Source: Eukaryota sp. TZLM1-RC
Taxonomy: Eukaryota > Protista > Metamonada: BaSk clade
Assembly (NCBI GenBank): GCA_040285825.1
Contig: JAUPSS010000010.1
Coordinates: 1,300,881-1,364,880 of the forward strand
Length of the DNA stretch: 64,000 nt
Reading direction: 5' to 3'
Under the pieces are notes generated by a model. It was not told the origin of the DNA. It searched no databases and was given only the letters and a program-made list of their open reading frames with translations. Made by a program: the position numbers and the translations under genes. Positions 12,101 to 25,282 of the stretch are shown here, one piece after another (within the stretch, counting starts at the first letter, position 1; the number at the start of each line of letters is the position of its first letter).

Positions 12101-15100
12101 AATAAGCACGTCCAAGAATGCCCCTCCTGTCAGAAAACTAAGCCAGTTCCCAAACTGCACGTTCCCCCAACCGGTTCATTGTGGGCTGACAGACCTTTTG
12201 CTCGCGTCAACGCCGACGTTATTGGTCCTCTCCCAGAAGATCAAGAAGGCTACAAATACATCCTCGTATTTATTGACAGCTTCTCTAGGTTCACGATCAT
12301 CGTGCCTTTAAACGAGATAAATGCTAATCTTACTGCAGATGCATTAATTCGGAAAGTCTGTGCCATCTTTGGTATTCCATTTCAAATCCACAGCGATAAT
12401 GGACCCGAATTTTCCAAGGCTGTTTTTGACGAACTAAGCAAATTTTTAGGCATAGAGGTGTCAAAGTCAATTCCCAGGTTTTCTTAGTCCAACGGCTTGG
12501 TAGAGCGCCGACACAGAGACATCCTGCAAAACCTGAGGAAATTGCTCGTAGACTTCAACGCCTACGATGTGTGGTCTGAATATTTGCCTTATGTGCAATT
12601 ATTGATCAACTCCTCAAAGAGCTCAATAACCAACTACACTCCATACCAAGTGATCTTTGGCTCAGATGTGTCTCCCAGATCAGACCCTGGCAAAATTCTT
12701 GAAATCATTGAAAGCTCGACGTCTGAGTCATCTTTTATTCAAGAAATTCAATCTAAATTTCGAAGGTTGAAAGAGAAACAGGAAAAGGAAGCACACCATG
12801 AAGCTTCCAAAGCTTCCAAGCTAACTAGATCGACAACTCCAAACCCTTTTGAAGTTGGTCAATTGATATTGAGAGCATCTGGGGGATTGGCAGAAAACAG
12901 CCCTGAGCATTCCTGGCAAAATTATCATGTTCAAACGTGCAGCTTTTGGCCTCAAGAATGTCCCCGCCGTTTTCCAAAACGTCATGGCTGACATCTTCTT
13001 TGGAGACGGTGTCTTCATTTACATAGATGACATCATAATCATAAATTCAACCTTTGACGAATTCATTGAACGCCTCCGTCGCGTCGTTGATCAAGCCAGA
13101 TGCAAAAGAGTTTCCTTGAAACTTCCAAAGTGCCATTTCGTGTCTTCCAGACACCCAATCAAGATACTGGGCAGTGTTTTCCAAAACAAACAACGGACTA
13201 TCGATCCCACTCGCGTTGAATCTGTGTTGAATCTACCTAGACCAAAGACAATCAAAGACGTCCGCAGCCTCGTAGGATCAGTCAACTTTATTAGAAAATG
13301 GCTTCCTCAGGTATCTGAGCTCATCGCTCCTATCATCAGATGGAAACAACTCCAACGTTAAACCCAAACCCCGCGCGCAACGCCTTCAATGGACCGACAT
13401 GCACGACGGACTCCTTCAAAAGATCAAACAACTGATAGCGAAGCACATGCCGCTCAGCTTACCTCCTTTGGAAAACCAAATTTATAATTAGTTGCGATGC
13501 ATCCGACATAGCTGTAGGCGGCGTAATATGGGAACAAATCGAACAAGTCGCCGACCCCGGTACCCCCTTGATCAACAGGAAATGTAGGCCTATCAGCTGC
13601 TTCAGCCGGTTGTTAACCAACTCGCAAAAGAACTAACCGACAAACCAAAAGGAACTCTATGCCATCCTGCTCATGCTAACTCAAAGTGGTTTTGAAAACT
13701 ACTTGAAAGGAAGGAAACTGGTTATATTCACAGACCATCAAAACCTTACCTACATGTTCACGGCTCCTAAGAAGAACAGAATTGTAACAAGATGGTTACC
13801 CATATTCTCTGAATTCTTCTTTGATTTGGTACACACCAAAGGGGAAGATAACTTCTGGGCTGATATGTTGTCTCGAATAGGTTCCGCCTATAGACCATCA
13901 AGAGATCAATCATTTGTCCCATCAAATGTCTCCAAATTTTCATCCAATATTTTACATCCATAAAATTGATGGAACAGAAAATGAAAGATACTACATCGAA
14001 GACTTAAACAACTTCGAACGTATCATGGTCACCAGAGAACGATGTTCCAACGACCTGCCTATTTTCGAGCCATGGCTCTGTAGGATTAGGTCCGAACAGA
14101 AGCTTGCCATAGCTTCCAAAGACCCCTCTTTCAACAACTGTGTTCATAACAATAACCTTGATTTATATATGACGCACGACAACAAGATAGTGATTCCCAA
14201 ATGACTCATTAAGGACACCCTTAACTTGTTGCATGGACTTCTGCAAGGAGGCCTGAACAAAGCCTGAACAAGCTCAGGAACAGCGATTATTGGTGGCCAA
14301 ACATGCTCACCGACATGAATAAGCACGTCCAAGAATGCCCCTCCTGTCAGAAAACTAAGCCAGTTCCCAAACTGCACGTTCCCCAACCGGTTCATTGTGG
14401 GCTGACAGACCTTTTTGCTCGCGTCAACGCCGACGTTATTGGTCCTCTCCCAGAAGATCAAGAAGGCTACAAATACATCCTCGTATTTATTGACAGCTTC
14501 TCTAGGTTCACGATCATCGTGCCTTTAAACGAGATAAATGCTAATCTTACTGCAGATGCATTAATTCGGAAAGTCTGTGCCATCTTTGGTATTCCATCTC
14601 AAATCCACAGCGATAATGGACCCGAATTTTCCAAGGCTGTTTTTGACGAACTAAGCAAATTTTTAGGCATAGAGGTGTCAAAGTCAATTCCCAGGTTTTC
14701 TCAGTCCAACGGCTTGGTAGAGCGCCGACACAGAGACATCCTGCAAAACCTGAGGAAATTGCTCGTAGACTTCAACGCCTACGATGTGTGGTCTGAATAT
14801 TTGCCTTATGTGCAATTATTGATCAACTCCTCAAAGAGCTCAATAACCAACCACACTCCATACCAAGTGATCTTTGGCTCAGATGTGTCTCCCAGATCAG
14901 ACCCTGGCAAAATTCTTGAAATCATTGAAAGCTCGACGTCTGAGTCATCTTTTATTCAAGAAATTCAATCTAAATTTCGAAGGTTGAAAGAGAAACAGGA
15001 AAAGGCAGCACACCATGAAGCTTCCAAAGCTTCCAAGCTAACTAGATCGACAACTCCAAACCCTTTTGAAGTTGGTCAATTGATATTGAGAGCATCTGGG

Positions 15101-17328
15101 GGATTGGCAGAAAACAGCCCTGAGCATTCCTGGCAAAATTATCATGTTCAAACGTGCAGCTTTTGGCCTCAAGAATGTCCTTTGCCGTTTTCCAAAACGT
15201 CATGGCTGACATCTTCTTTGGAGACGGTGTCTTCATTTACATAGATGACATCATAATCATAGGTTCAACCTTTGACGAATTCATTGAACGCCTCCGTCGC
15301 GTCCTTGATCAAGCCAGATGCAAAAGAGTTTCCTTGAAACTTCCAAAGTGCCATTTCGTGTCTTCCAGACACCCAATCAAGATACTGGGCAGTGTTTTCC
15401 AAAACAAACAACGGACTATCGATCCCACTCGCGTTGAATCTGTGTTGAATCTACCTAGACCAAAGACAATCAAAGACGTCCGCAGCCTCGTAGGATCAGT
15501 CAACTTTATTAGAAAATGGCTTCCTCAGGTATCTGAGCTCATCGCTCCTATCATCAGATGGAAACAACTCCAACGTTAAACCCAAACCCCGCGCGCAACG
15601 CCTTCAATGGACCGACATGCACGACGGACCCCTTCAAAAGATCAAACAACTGATAGCGAAGCACATGCCGCTCAGCTTACCTCCTTTGGAAAACCAAATT
15701 ATAATTAGTTGCGATGCATCCGACATAGCTGTAGGCGGCGTAATATGGGAACAAATCGAACAAGTCGCCGACCCCGGTACCCCCTTGATCAACAGGAAAT
15801 GTAGGCCTATCAGCTGCTTCAGCCGGTTGTTAACCAACTCGCAAAAGAACTGGCCGACAAACCAAAAGGAACTCTATGCCATCCTGCTCATGCTAACTCA
15901 AAGTGGTTTTGAAAACTACTTGAAAGGAAGGAAACTGGTTATATTCACAGACCATCAAAACCTTACCTACATGTTCACGGCTCCTAAGAAGAACAGAATT
16001 GTAACAAGATGGTTACCCATATTCTCTGAATTCTTCTTTGATTTGGTACACACCAAAGGGGAAGATAACTTCTGGGCTGATATGTTGTCTCGAATAGGTT
16101 CCGCCTATAGACCATCAAGAGATCAATCATTTGTCCCATCAAATGTCTCCAAATTTTCATCCAATATTTTACATCCATAAAATTGATGGAACAGAAAATG
16201 AAAGATACTACATCGAAGACTTAAACAACTTCGAACGTATCATGGTCATCAGAGAACGATGTTCCAACGACCTGCCTATTTTCGAGCCATGGCTCTGTAG
16301 GATTAGGTCCGAACAGAAGCTTGCCATAGCTTCCAAAGACCCCTCTTTCAACAACTGTGTTCATAACAATAACCTTGATTTATATATGACGCACGACAAC
16401 AAGGTAGTGATTCCCAAATGACTCATTAAGGACGCCCTTAACTTGTTGCATGGACTTCTGCAAGGAGGCCTGAACAAAGCCTGAACAAAGCCTGAACAAG
16501 CTCAGGAACAGTGATTATTGGTGGCCAAACATGCTCACCGACATGAATAAGCACGTCCAAGAATGCCCCTCCTGTCAGAAAACTAAGCCAGTTCCAAAAC
16601 TGCACGTTCCCCCAACCGGTTCATTGTGGGCTGACAGACCTTTTGCTCGCGTCAACGCCGACGTTATTGGTCCTCTCCCAGAAGATCAAGAAGGCTACAA
16701 ATACATCCTCGTATTTATTGACAGCTTCTCTAGGTTCACGATCATCGTGCCTTTAAACGAGATAAATGCTAATCTTACTGCAGATGCATTAATTCGGAAA
16801 GTCTGTGCCATCTTTGGTATTCCATTTCAAATCCACAGCGATAATGGACCCGAATTTTCCAAGGCTGTCTTTGACGAACTAAGCAAATTTTTAGGCATAG
16901 AGGTGTCAAAGTCAATTCCCAGGTTTTCTCAGTCCAACGGCTTGGTAGAGCGCCGACACAGAGACATCCTGCAAAACCTGAGGAAATTGCTCGTAGATTT
17001 CAACGCCTACGATGTGTGGTCTGAATATTTGCCTTATGTGCAATTATTGATCAACTCCTCAAAGAGCTCAATAACCAACCACACTCCATACCAAGTGATC
17101 TTTGGCTCAGATGTGTCTCCCAGATCAGACCCTGGCAAAATTCTTGAAATCATTGAAAGCTCGACGTCTGAGTCATCTTTTATTCAAGAAATTCAATCTA
17201 AATTTCGAAGGTTGAAAGAGAAACAGGAAAAGGCAGCACACCATGAAGCTTCCAAAACTTCCAAGCTAACTAGATCGACAACTCCAAACCCTTTTGAAGT
17301 TGGTCAATTGGTATTGAGAGCATCTGGC
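8423..17328 (+). repeat. Four tandem ~2.23-kb copies of RT(C-half)-RNaseH-integrase
   Basis: Periods 2231/2230/2218-2228. Identical junction GAGCATCTGGGGGATTGGCAG at about 10650, 12880 and 15100. Confidence 0.95.
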
Positions 17329-17742
17329 TCTTCCGCTAAGCTTCATGGAGACTATTTAGGACCCTTCCTAATTACTGAAATCGTATCCAATTTGTCTGTG
17401 AATATTAAGAATCTCTGCACCGATACGATTGTCCAAGCTAGCGTCAAACATTTAGCACCCTGGCACTCCAGCTTACCCACCAACGATGAGTTCCACTCCT
17501 GGGTCGCTGCAGGTGATGTCGAAGAACACTTCATTGAAAAAGTGCTCGGTGACTTTTGCCAAGTGCAATGGCCTGGAAAAGAGATCACCACTGAACACGT
17601 GTCTACAGTCCAAAATACTGCCGCGTATAAAGACTTCATCAAGACTTCAAATGCACGTCGCCGTACTAATTCCAACGGTTCACCTCCTGTGACTAGAGCT
17701 TCCAGGGCTCGTCGCTCTAAAGAGAGGAAAAGGCAATGTTAG
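16531..17742 (+). CDS. Integrase core, GPF module and chromodomain-like C-terminus (last copy)
   Basis: CPSC, ADVIG, HSDNG, VERRH, GPF, EKVL..CQVQWPG. The stop codon lies inside the 3' LTR. Confidence 0.85.
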   Translation: MLTDMNKHVQECPSCQKTKPVPKLHVPPTGSLWADRPFARVNADVIGPLPEDQEGYKYILVFIDSFSRFTIIVPLNEINANLTADALIRKVCAIFGIPFQIHSDNGPEFSKAVFDELSKFLGIEVSKSIPRFSQSNGLVERRHRDILQNLRKLLVDFNAYDVWSEYLPYVQLLINSSKSSITNHTPYQVIFGSDVSPRSDPGKILEIIESSTSESSFIQEIQSKFRRLKEKQEKAAHHEASKTSKLTRSTTPNPFEVGQLVLRASGSSAKLHGDYLGPFLITEIVSNLSVNIKNLCTDTIVQASVKHLAPWHSSLPTNDEFHSWVAAGDVEEHFIEKVLGDFCQVQWPGKEITTEHVSTVQNTAAYKDFIKTSNARRRTNSNGSPPVTRASRARRSKERKRQC

Positions 17743-17884
17743 TCTTGAATAGTATTTATAGTTTATTTGTATAGTTTATTAGCATTCCGCCTATTAGTTT
17801 AAGAAGAGAGAATGCAATTCCTCTTTGTAATAAATTTCATTACTTCTCTACTGTATGTCTAACATTAACGAGCAAAGACCATCA
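17737..17884 (+). repeat. 3' LTR of element A
   Basis: Matches 3909-4056; preceded by PPT. Confidence 0.95.
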
Positions 17885-18700
17885 ATTACATAAATTTGGT
17901 CCCTAACATTATTATGTACTTAACTTCTAAATGTAGTAAAATGTTTACAGTTCAAAAAATGAGTGAACAAACGAGATTTACCACGTTTACATGTTAAATG
18001 ATTGGGCAAATTGTTTGGCCATAGAAAACACCGAAAACGCATGTTTAAAAGCCATTCATGGTTTTTTAAAAGAAGTCCATAAACAGAGGGAATTTGAGTA
18101 ACTGATGCAGCAGCAGAACTATTACGAATGTCCTTTAAAATGTTTCCGAAAGCGGGATCTCAGTTTTGGCCAAGCCATGTTTTACTTCATAATCAAAGCT
18201 TTCATATAATTTAACAAATGGTACTGAAGCCTTTTCAGGCAAAAACGTAAATTTGGGAGTGAACCGTTGGGAATTTCTTGAACATTCTGAGGAAAACACT
18301 GAATCCAAATATCACTAGGCAAATTATCTTATTCAACTTGAAGTAGATTAAAGTAGAAATTTGATTCACCATGGATCTGATGAACATAATAAGGGAACCT
18401 TTGGAAAAATTCAAAAACAAAGTTTTTACCACCTCCTAAAAATGCAACTTTACACAAAATCTAAGATTTAGTGAAACCAATTCCACCCAAATCAGTAGAA
18501 CACAATACATGACTTCCAGTGAAAGATTCATTTACTTCTAACAAAGAAAAACATTTGACCCGAAAATTAGTTGAAAGATCTGCAAAAATTGAAAGATGCC
18601 AGGGGGAGCTGGCCTCAAAAAACGAGTGAATATTCTCGAATAACAAATTTTTGAAATAAAAAATTTGATATGTTTTTCAATGTTGCATGCAGCATAAAGA
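17885..18700 (-). mobile_element. CRE-like family 2, upstream part (post-RT region and CCHC), degenerate
   Basis: LGGIGFTKS, IEKHIKF, HFLNCKHF motifs homologous to 25316-26962. Confidence 0.75.
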
Positions 18701-19695
18701 TATTTATTGAACATGCACTTAATTAAATTAATTCATAACTAATGGGACGAATATCATTGAACCAAGATTTCCACTACAAAATCTTGATCTGCTTGCTGTC
18801 TAGCTAAAGCTTCTCTTATTCTATTGAAAAACCGAGGCAATCTATTAATAATGGCAAATTGAATCCGTGAACGCCATAAAAAAATATCAAATCTTTTCAT
18901 TGTTTTTTCTTGAACCATTTTTTGGAAGTCATTCAAAAAAGTTTCTGCTTCTGCTGATAGTCTTCCGTTTATCGAACATGGGAAAGCAATAGAAACTAGT
19001 GGTGTATTTCTACCAGCATTAGCCTCTTCGATATGTTTGTCATATTTTCTATGTTTTTCTTCAGCTTTAAATTCAAGAGCACGTACAGGATTAAGTTTTC
19101 TTCTGTGAACTAAAGTGTCATTTGCAACATCACAGGAGACAAAGTCAACAACAGCTTCAGAGTTATCAATCCAATCACAGTATTCATCACCTCTATCATC
19201 AGAACCAAAATTATTCAATGACATTGTTTCTTTCAGCAGAGGCTCTTTGATACACGAGATTCTTGCAGTTTGTGTTATATGAAAAACAGTGTCTGTAACA
19301 GCATCAAGTAATGAAGAACGATAAGTTATCAATTTCAAACAATTCATAGCATGTCGCAAAGTGAGCTGAGATGAATTCGAACAAATACATTTTTCTTTTG
19401 ATAATAATTGATTCATGGGGATATTCAAATATAATCTCTTTTTTGTTACAAACGCTTCATTAGTAGCACACAGACCAAATCTTCGTGGTATAATGGTTAC
19501 AAACAGTGAGGAATCTGATGACTGGTTTTCACAATCACCCTTTTCCAATAACAATGAGTGAAGATCTTGATTTAAAACAGCCGAGCTGCATTCATTATTA
19601 TAAAGATCATTTTCATACATTCCAGTCAATCGTTTCTGTAATGTTCGAAGAGTGTATTTTAAATTTAAAAGATTCTTTTCTGCAATATTGTCATT

Positions 19696-20520
19696 TTGTT
19701 TTGTTTACTCATCTTTTGAACTGTAAACATTTCATTACGTTTAGAAGCAAAGTGCATAATAACGTCAGGGACCAAATTTATGTAATGTGCAAATCATATC
19801 GAGTAGATTCCTTTTTAGAGCCGTTGTTATCAAAATTAATTCTTGATGATCCCAATCTTGATAGTACGCGTTACAACAGAGCTTCTATGGGTCTGACAAG
19901 AGGTGATCTAGTTGTTCCTGGTTTAAATGGTAGTTTTACTATTTTAGACGCCATGTCTATTGACCCTTGTAATTCCTCTAACGAACATCTCATTAACTCG
20001 GATGTAAATAATCCCCTTCTTGCAGGCGAAAAATATAAAATTGCTAAATATGCGAAACCCATTTCCTCGGTTAATGAAAATTCTCATGCCCAATATAATT
20101 TATGTCCCTTTGTTTTTTCTTTGCTTGGATCTCTAGGTAAGGCTGCTATGGCTTTCCTTGAGGATTTTGTTGTAGTTGTAAAGGAAAGAACTGGAAGAAT
20201 TTTCAATCGTGTTTACTGGCAAAACAGGATTGTATTTTCTATTTTTAAGGGAATGGTAAAACTAATTTCTGATTCACTATCTTCTTTTGGGAAATTTTCT
20301 GAATCTTTAGCAATTAATATCGTATTTATTGAATTTGCACACTTGATTAAATTAAATCATAACTAATGGGACGACTATGATTAAACCAAGATTTCATCTA
20401 CAAAATCTTGATTTGAGCAATTAATTGTTTTGATGTAGGGGAGGCAGGTTTTGAGGATGTGGAGTTTTAATTGTGTATTTCATATTTGTTGTTGAATAAA
20501 AATAAAATATTTTTAAAAAA
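19696..20520 (+). mobile_element. 5'-truncated CRE family 2 copy nested in family 3
   Basis: RLE coding and A-tail at 20515-20520; TSD AATATT(G/C)TCATT at 19684-19695 and 20521-20532. Confidence 0.8.
20319..20415 (-). mobile_element. 97-bp extreme 3' end of CRE family 3 nested in the family 2 copy
   Basis: Homologous to 18700-18790; TSD AGCAATTAAT at 20309-20318 and 20416-20425. Confidence 0.75.
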
Positions 20521-22089
20521 AATATTCTCATTGAATGATTGGTGAAAGCATCGACTCCATTTTTCTACATCAATTTTTGCAATTTTTTCATTTAATGCAA
20601 AAACAGTGGAACTTTGCGTTGTCATTAATAAATCTTCCCAATCTGCAAATCTTTCGGAAAACTCAAATATTGCATTTCTGCATCCACCAATAAAAGCACA
20701 CGAAGTAAGAATAGAAGCCTTCGTCCAGCCTAAACCGTCATAATGTGGACTAAGATAAGCATGGTCTGGAATTTGAAACCTTTTACATCCCAATAATTGT
20801 GACAAAACTTTTGCACGTAACTCATTACACTTCTGAGCCAAGGACCTAGTGATAAGAGGATTTGTAGATCGAAATATATGATTGAAGTTTGAACTAAAAC
20901 ACAGTCTTATAATGGTAAATTTGATGTGTTTTTTATATCTAAATTCATCATTCGGTCAATTTTGTCAGAAATTGAGTTCAACTTTTCAAACAATTTTTTG
21001 GTAATTTCATCATTATTTCCTGAAAGCGAACCCAAAAGACGAATAGCATCAATTGAATATAATTTGCCTTGAATTTCAATACCATCAACTATTGTGGAAA
21101 CTGGAGAATTCGATAACAAAACACATTTAAGTGAATTAAGTCGGAGGCCAATTCTGGTAAATAATTCTTTAAAACATACAGTTGTTTTTTTTACAATATT
21201 TAAATTACCTATAAGAACAACATCATCCATATATGCAATCATTTTCAGGAAAGGAAACATCTCTTGAATTTGTAATAAAATAGGATGAATTGCCAAACAA
21301 AACAAAAGAGGTCCTAACGGATCTCCTTGCTTTACACCACTTGATATAATCAAAATGGAATTACCAAAGTGTAAATTAGAATTTGTGCTACATGTAGATT
21401 GGAAATACGGCATTAATTCCGGCTTATATTGCAACAAAGCACCATGAATACTGCAACGACTGAGTGAATTGAATGCATTACTAAAATTGAATGACATACA
21501 AACATTGGATTCATTTTGGCGAAATAATACATCCGTAGCAAAAATCGCTGAAGAAACTCCATCAGTGGTATTAATTCCATATTGAAAAGGCAATACAATC
21601 GTTTTTGCTTTTTCATTGAACCTGCTTAAGCAACAAGCAGAAAAAATATTATGTATACTGTCAGAGACCGCAATAGGACGAACATTCATTTTTGGATTCT
21701 TGACAAGTGCAGTCAATTGAGAACTCTCAATTCTTCTGGATACTTAAGTTGACCAGTCAATATTCCATTAAAAAATTTGGTTAATAAAACAAGACAATTT
21801 TCTGATGAAATAACTGCGGCTTTTATACGATCAATAGAAATACCAAAAAGTCCGGCAGACTTACCGCGTGGTATCTTTTTATCACCGAAAATACTTCTGA
21901 TGCCATCAATGGATAAGTTTCCCAATAAGTTCCGTAAAAATTTTGATCCATTATTGGGTCTTCCAATGGATGAACTAATTTCAGTGTGTCTATAGTATCT
22001 TGCTTTATTCATTGCATTAAGCAAAAAAACTAAGTCCATGGCCAAATTTTTCCAATAAATTGTTCAACTGGGAATAAATTTCATCCAAA

Positions 22090-22305
22090 TTACCCAGACA
22101 ACATCCAAGAAACTTGAACGCTTGGTGGTCATTATTAATAAAAGGAATCTAAGCACCACCAATCAATAAAAATTGTTTTTTTCTACCAATCGAGAGACAT
22201 TTAGTTGGATTCAAAGCTAATCCAATTTCGTTGTATTTCGCAAAAATGCCTTCAGAAACCCTACAAATGCTTTCAAAAGAAACGATAATAGAAATATCAT
22301 CCATG
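22090..22305 (-). mobile_element. CRE-like RT fragment (downstream of YMDD), split by element B
   Basis: MDDISIIVSFES..IGLALNPTKCL..FKFLGC; continues at 27545. Confidence 0.75.
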
Positions 22306-23533
22306 TGTTGGCGCCCCAAGGCTTATATAATATGATTAGAAAATAGATCAATTTTTCCTCATTGACTTTTCTTTACTACAATAGACTTTAGGCAACAATA
22401 ATTATTGGCCATTTTTAAGCCAAGGTATACCATTAATAATTCTAGCAAACTTCAACACTGAACCAGCAAGATATTTAAAACATGTCAGACATCTCAGAAA
22501 AGGATATCTCTGACATTCAGCCATCTTCATCCCTTCAAATGCAACAGGACCAGGAACAACAAACACAACATACACCTACACAAAATAAAAAGGAAAACGA
22601 GGCAATGGACCCGGCTCCCACGTCCACCTTAACAAAAGAAAATGACGAAGGAGTTGACGAAATCCCTCCTTCCACAAAAGTAGTTTCGGATGAAACTAGA
22701 TGCGGAACTAGATTCCACGTCTCTTTCCAAACCAAAGAACGAGGTCACGAAAACGGACCCGTCTCCCTCTCCCCTCGAGAAAAAGAGATTTGTTGACGGA
22801 AATAACGAGAACGGACCTGGTTCCCTCTCCCTTCCAAAATGTAGAATCTGTCAGTAAGGTAACGGATGAATATCCCACCTTAAACAAGTCGACCCCCTCA
22901 GGAGAGCATGATGAATTTTATGCTCAACTAGATGACAAGGGAAGATGACTCCAGTGATGGATTCTACAAACTCCTAACAAGGCTGCGGAGCCTTTCCTCG
23001 AATCAATGGACTTGTATCCATTCGAGCAGCTCTCTCGTTCACGGAGCCAAACACACAAACAAGTCGACTGCATACGAGGTGAAGAGTAGAGACTCCACCT
23101 CCACTATTATTGTACTACAATGCAAAGATACGGTCCTTGCTCCTCTGATATTTTTAGTCGTAAAACCAGTACTTTAACAACAACAGACGCCGCCTTCAGG
23201 TTTTTGAGGTTTGTTACTTTGCTTACTGTTGTTTTTGATCCAACATAGACCCTGCATGATCTTTAGGAATTCCATTCTTCAATTCCATGATACTTTTACT
23301 AAACAACACTACCACGTTACTCGTTTACGAAAAAGGGAAGAAGCAGAGCGTCTTTATGTAGCGATTAAAACATACACAACAAAGTATTCAAACACACAGA
23401 TCTTGGAACTAGGCCCTTTTCAGTTATTGCTTACTACCTTATACTAACATTATTGTAGGAGAGTCATAGTACATCAATTGTCGATCTTAAAATTGTGAAA
23501 CCAGTGTTTGTGTGAATCTTAATCACTACAAAG

Positions 23534-25225
23534 CATACTTGTGGATCACAACACCTGACCAATTGTGATCACAATCACACAGTGATCACACTGTGAACAC
23601 AATCACTATGTGATCACAAATTGAGTATTTATGAATCTATATGGTAATTTTAAGGATGTAATGAAAACACTATTCATTGAATGACAAACACTGTTCATTA
23701 AATTGAGTCAAAAAAATCTAATCCTATATTCTACTGCCTTTTACTAAAGACCCTGTCAACTTCTTTCGTACTAGACCAATCTAGATCAATTTCTTTTTCC
23801 AGAACATCTTCATCTTCAGCCAATTCATCGAGGTCTAGTACATTAAGTTGATCCTCCAACTCCTCGTCATATATGTCTCGAAGATCAACATCCAAACATT
23901 CGTCTTCCTTATCAACAACATCATCTTCGACTTCGTTGATGATGGCTGCTTTCTCCTCAGCCCATTGAAGTGCCGATGTGTAACAATCAGTGGGATGTTG
24001 TTTCCAAACTTCCTTGATTTGACTGAGATTTATCTTTACAGGTTTCTTCTCCAACAACGGCATGTTGAAGTGAATCAGCATCATATCCTCCAAGTGTTGG
24101 TTTGACATTTTCCACCTTCTTTTTGGTAACTGGTGGTCAAATGAACTCCAGTTTTTTTCGGTCACAGTGGCAACTCCAGTGTGACCTGTGATTCTCTGTG
24201 CAATTTGGCTCAGATGTGGAAAGTTTTGAATTCCTTTGCTGCTCCACCATTCATGAAGACACTCGTGTTCAATGACTTCATTATGAACAAAATCAGTTGT
24301 GAACGACTCCCATTCTTGGAAAAGTTCTTCTCGTATTTCTTCAAATTCTGAGAATAATTCTGCAACCCATGTAGTGTAATCGATCTTGTTGAACAAGTTT
24401 TTAAACAGTTTTGTTCCCTAAGTGCTGGATTGAGAAGTCTTGTGATGATCAGAGATTTGTTTGTTACATAGTTCAGTCTGGACTGAAATTGTTCATCGAA
24501 TTTTTGAGCTCTTTCTTTCAACAAAGAAATTTCATAGTTTAATTCACTACCTTGTTTCATAAAACTATTTTTCATTGAATTTCTCACAATACCAAGGGAA
24601 TAATGAGCAAAGGAAACAAAACCAGCAATGGAAACATCAGAGAGTCTTAACAATGACATAATGTGTGAACATACAGCAACTAGAAGACTGGTCTCATTCC
24701 AAAACGCAAAAGAATCCTGTAGAATAACAGCCTTTGCTTCAGCAGCACTTTCTCTTACACATTGGGGAAGATTTTTTGAGCAACTTGTGTTTCTACGACA
24801 TTTCGTTGCATAGGGAGATGGACCTGAGTTAGTTGATGTCTCGATGGACCAGGATAATTGGATGACATTAGTGGATAATTGCGGACAGCGTTGCCGAAAA
24901 CGTTAAACATTGCTTGAAAGTCTGGTTTATCAACAGTGTTAAAAGATAAACCTAGGGAAATTATTGAAGAAGCTACTTGGCCTTGGACCATTTTCTTCAC
25001 GTCATCAATAGATATTGATTCCAATAATAGAAGCTAGCGTTTGTATTGAGGTGAAATAAAGGCAAATTCTGCTAGTTGAAGTGACTTTTCTATTTTCGAA
25101 GGGGGAGTGGCGTTGTCATTCGTCGCACGTCGCTTGATATTTAGTTTTTTTTATTGAAGCCACAATGTGACGTGATGTGATCACAATCACGTGTGATCAC
25201 ACTGTGAATGTGATCCACAAGTATG
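23534..25225 (-). mobile_element. hAT DNA transposon, internally deleted
   Basis: 17-bp TIRs CATACTTGTGGATCACA; 8-bp TSD CTACAAAG; subterminal TGATCACA repeats; hAT dimerisation motif (WW...FPHLSQIAQR...EKNWS). Confidence 0.92.
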
Positions 25226-25282
25226 CTACAAAGATAATTGTAGACAATAGAAAACAGTAGAATTCAGTGTTTAGTTCTTAGT

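Larger units (their letters stand above)
3909..17884 (+). mobile_element. Ty3/gypsy LTR retrotransposon A (chromodomain-like integrase) with internal 4x pol amplification
   Basis: 148-bp TG..CA LTRs with 1 mismatch; TSD ATTA (3905-3908, 17885-17888); PPT AAAGAGAGGAAAAGG; gag-PR-RT-RH-IN order. Confidence 0.95.
18715..22080 (-). mobile_element. CRE-like non-LTR element family 3 (RT and RLE), interrupted
   Basis: RPIAV, QYG, SNAFNS, GVKQGDPLGP, YMDD (20907-21716); CxC..H..C and RGD..D..K..KY (18754-19629). Confidence 0.85.

Noticed and set aside
19506-20366. Novel 286-aa fusion protein
   Set aside because: Chance read-through across the antisense strand of family 3, the nested family 2 copy and a 97-bp insert.
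23534-23620. CRISPR-like short repeats (TGATCACA)
   Set aside because: These are subterminal transposase-binding repeats of the hAT element, mirrored at 25170-25225; no spacers or cas genes.
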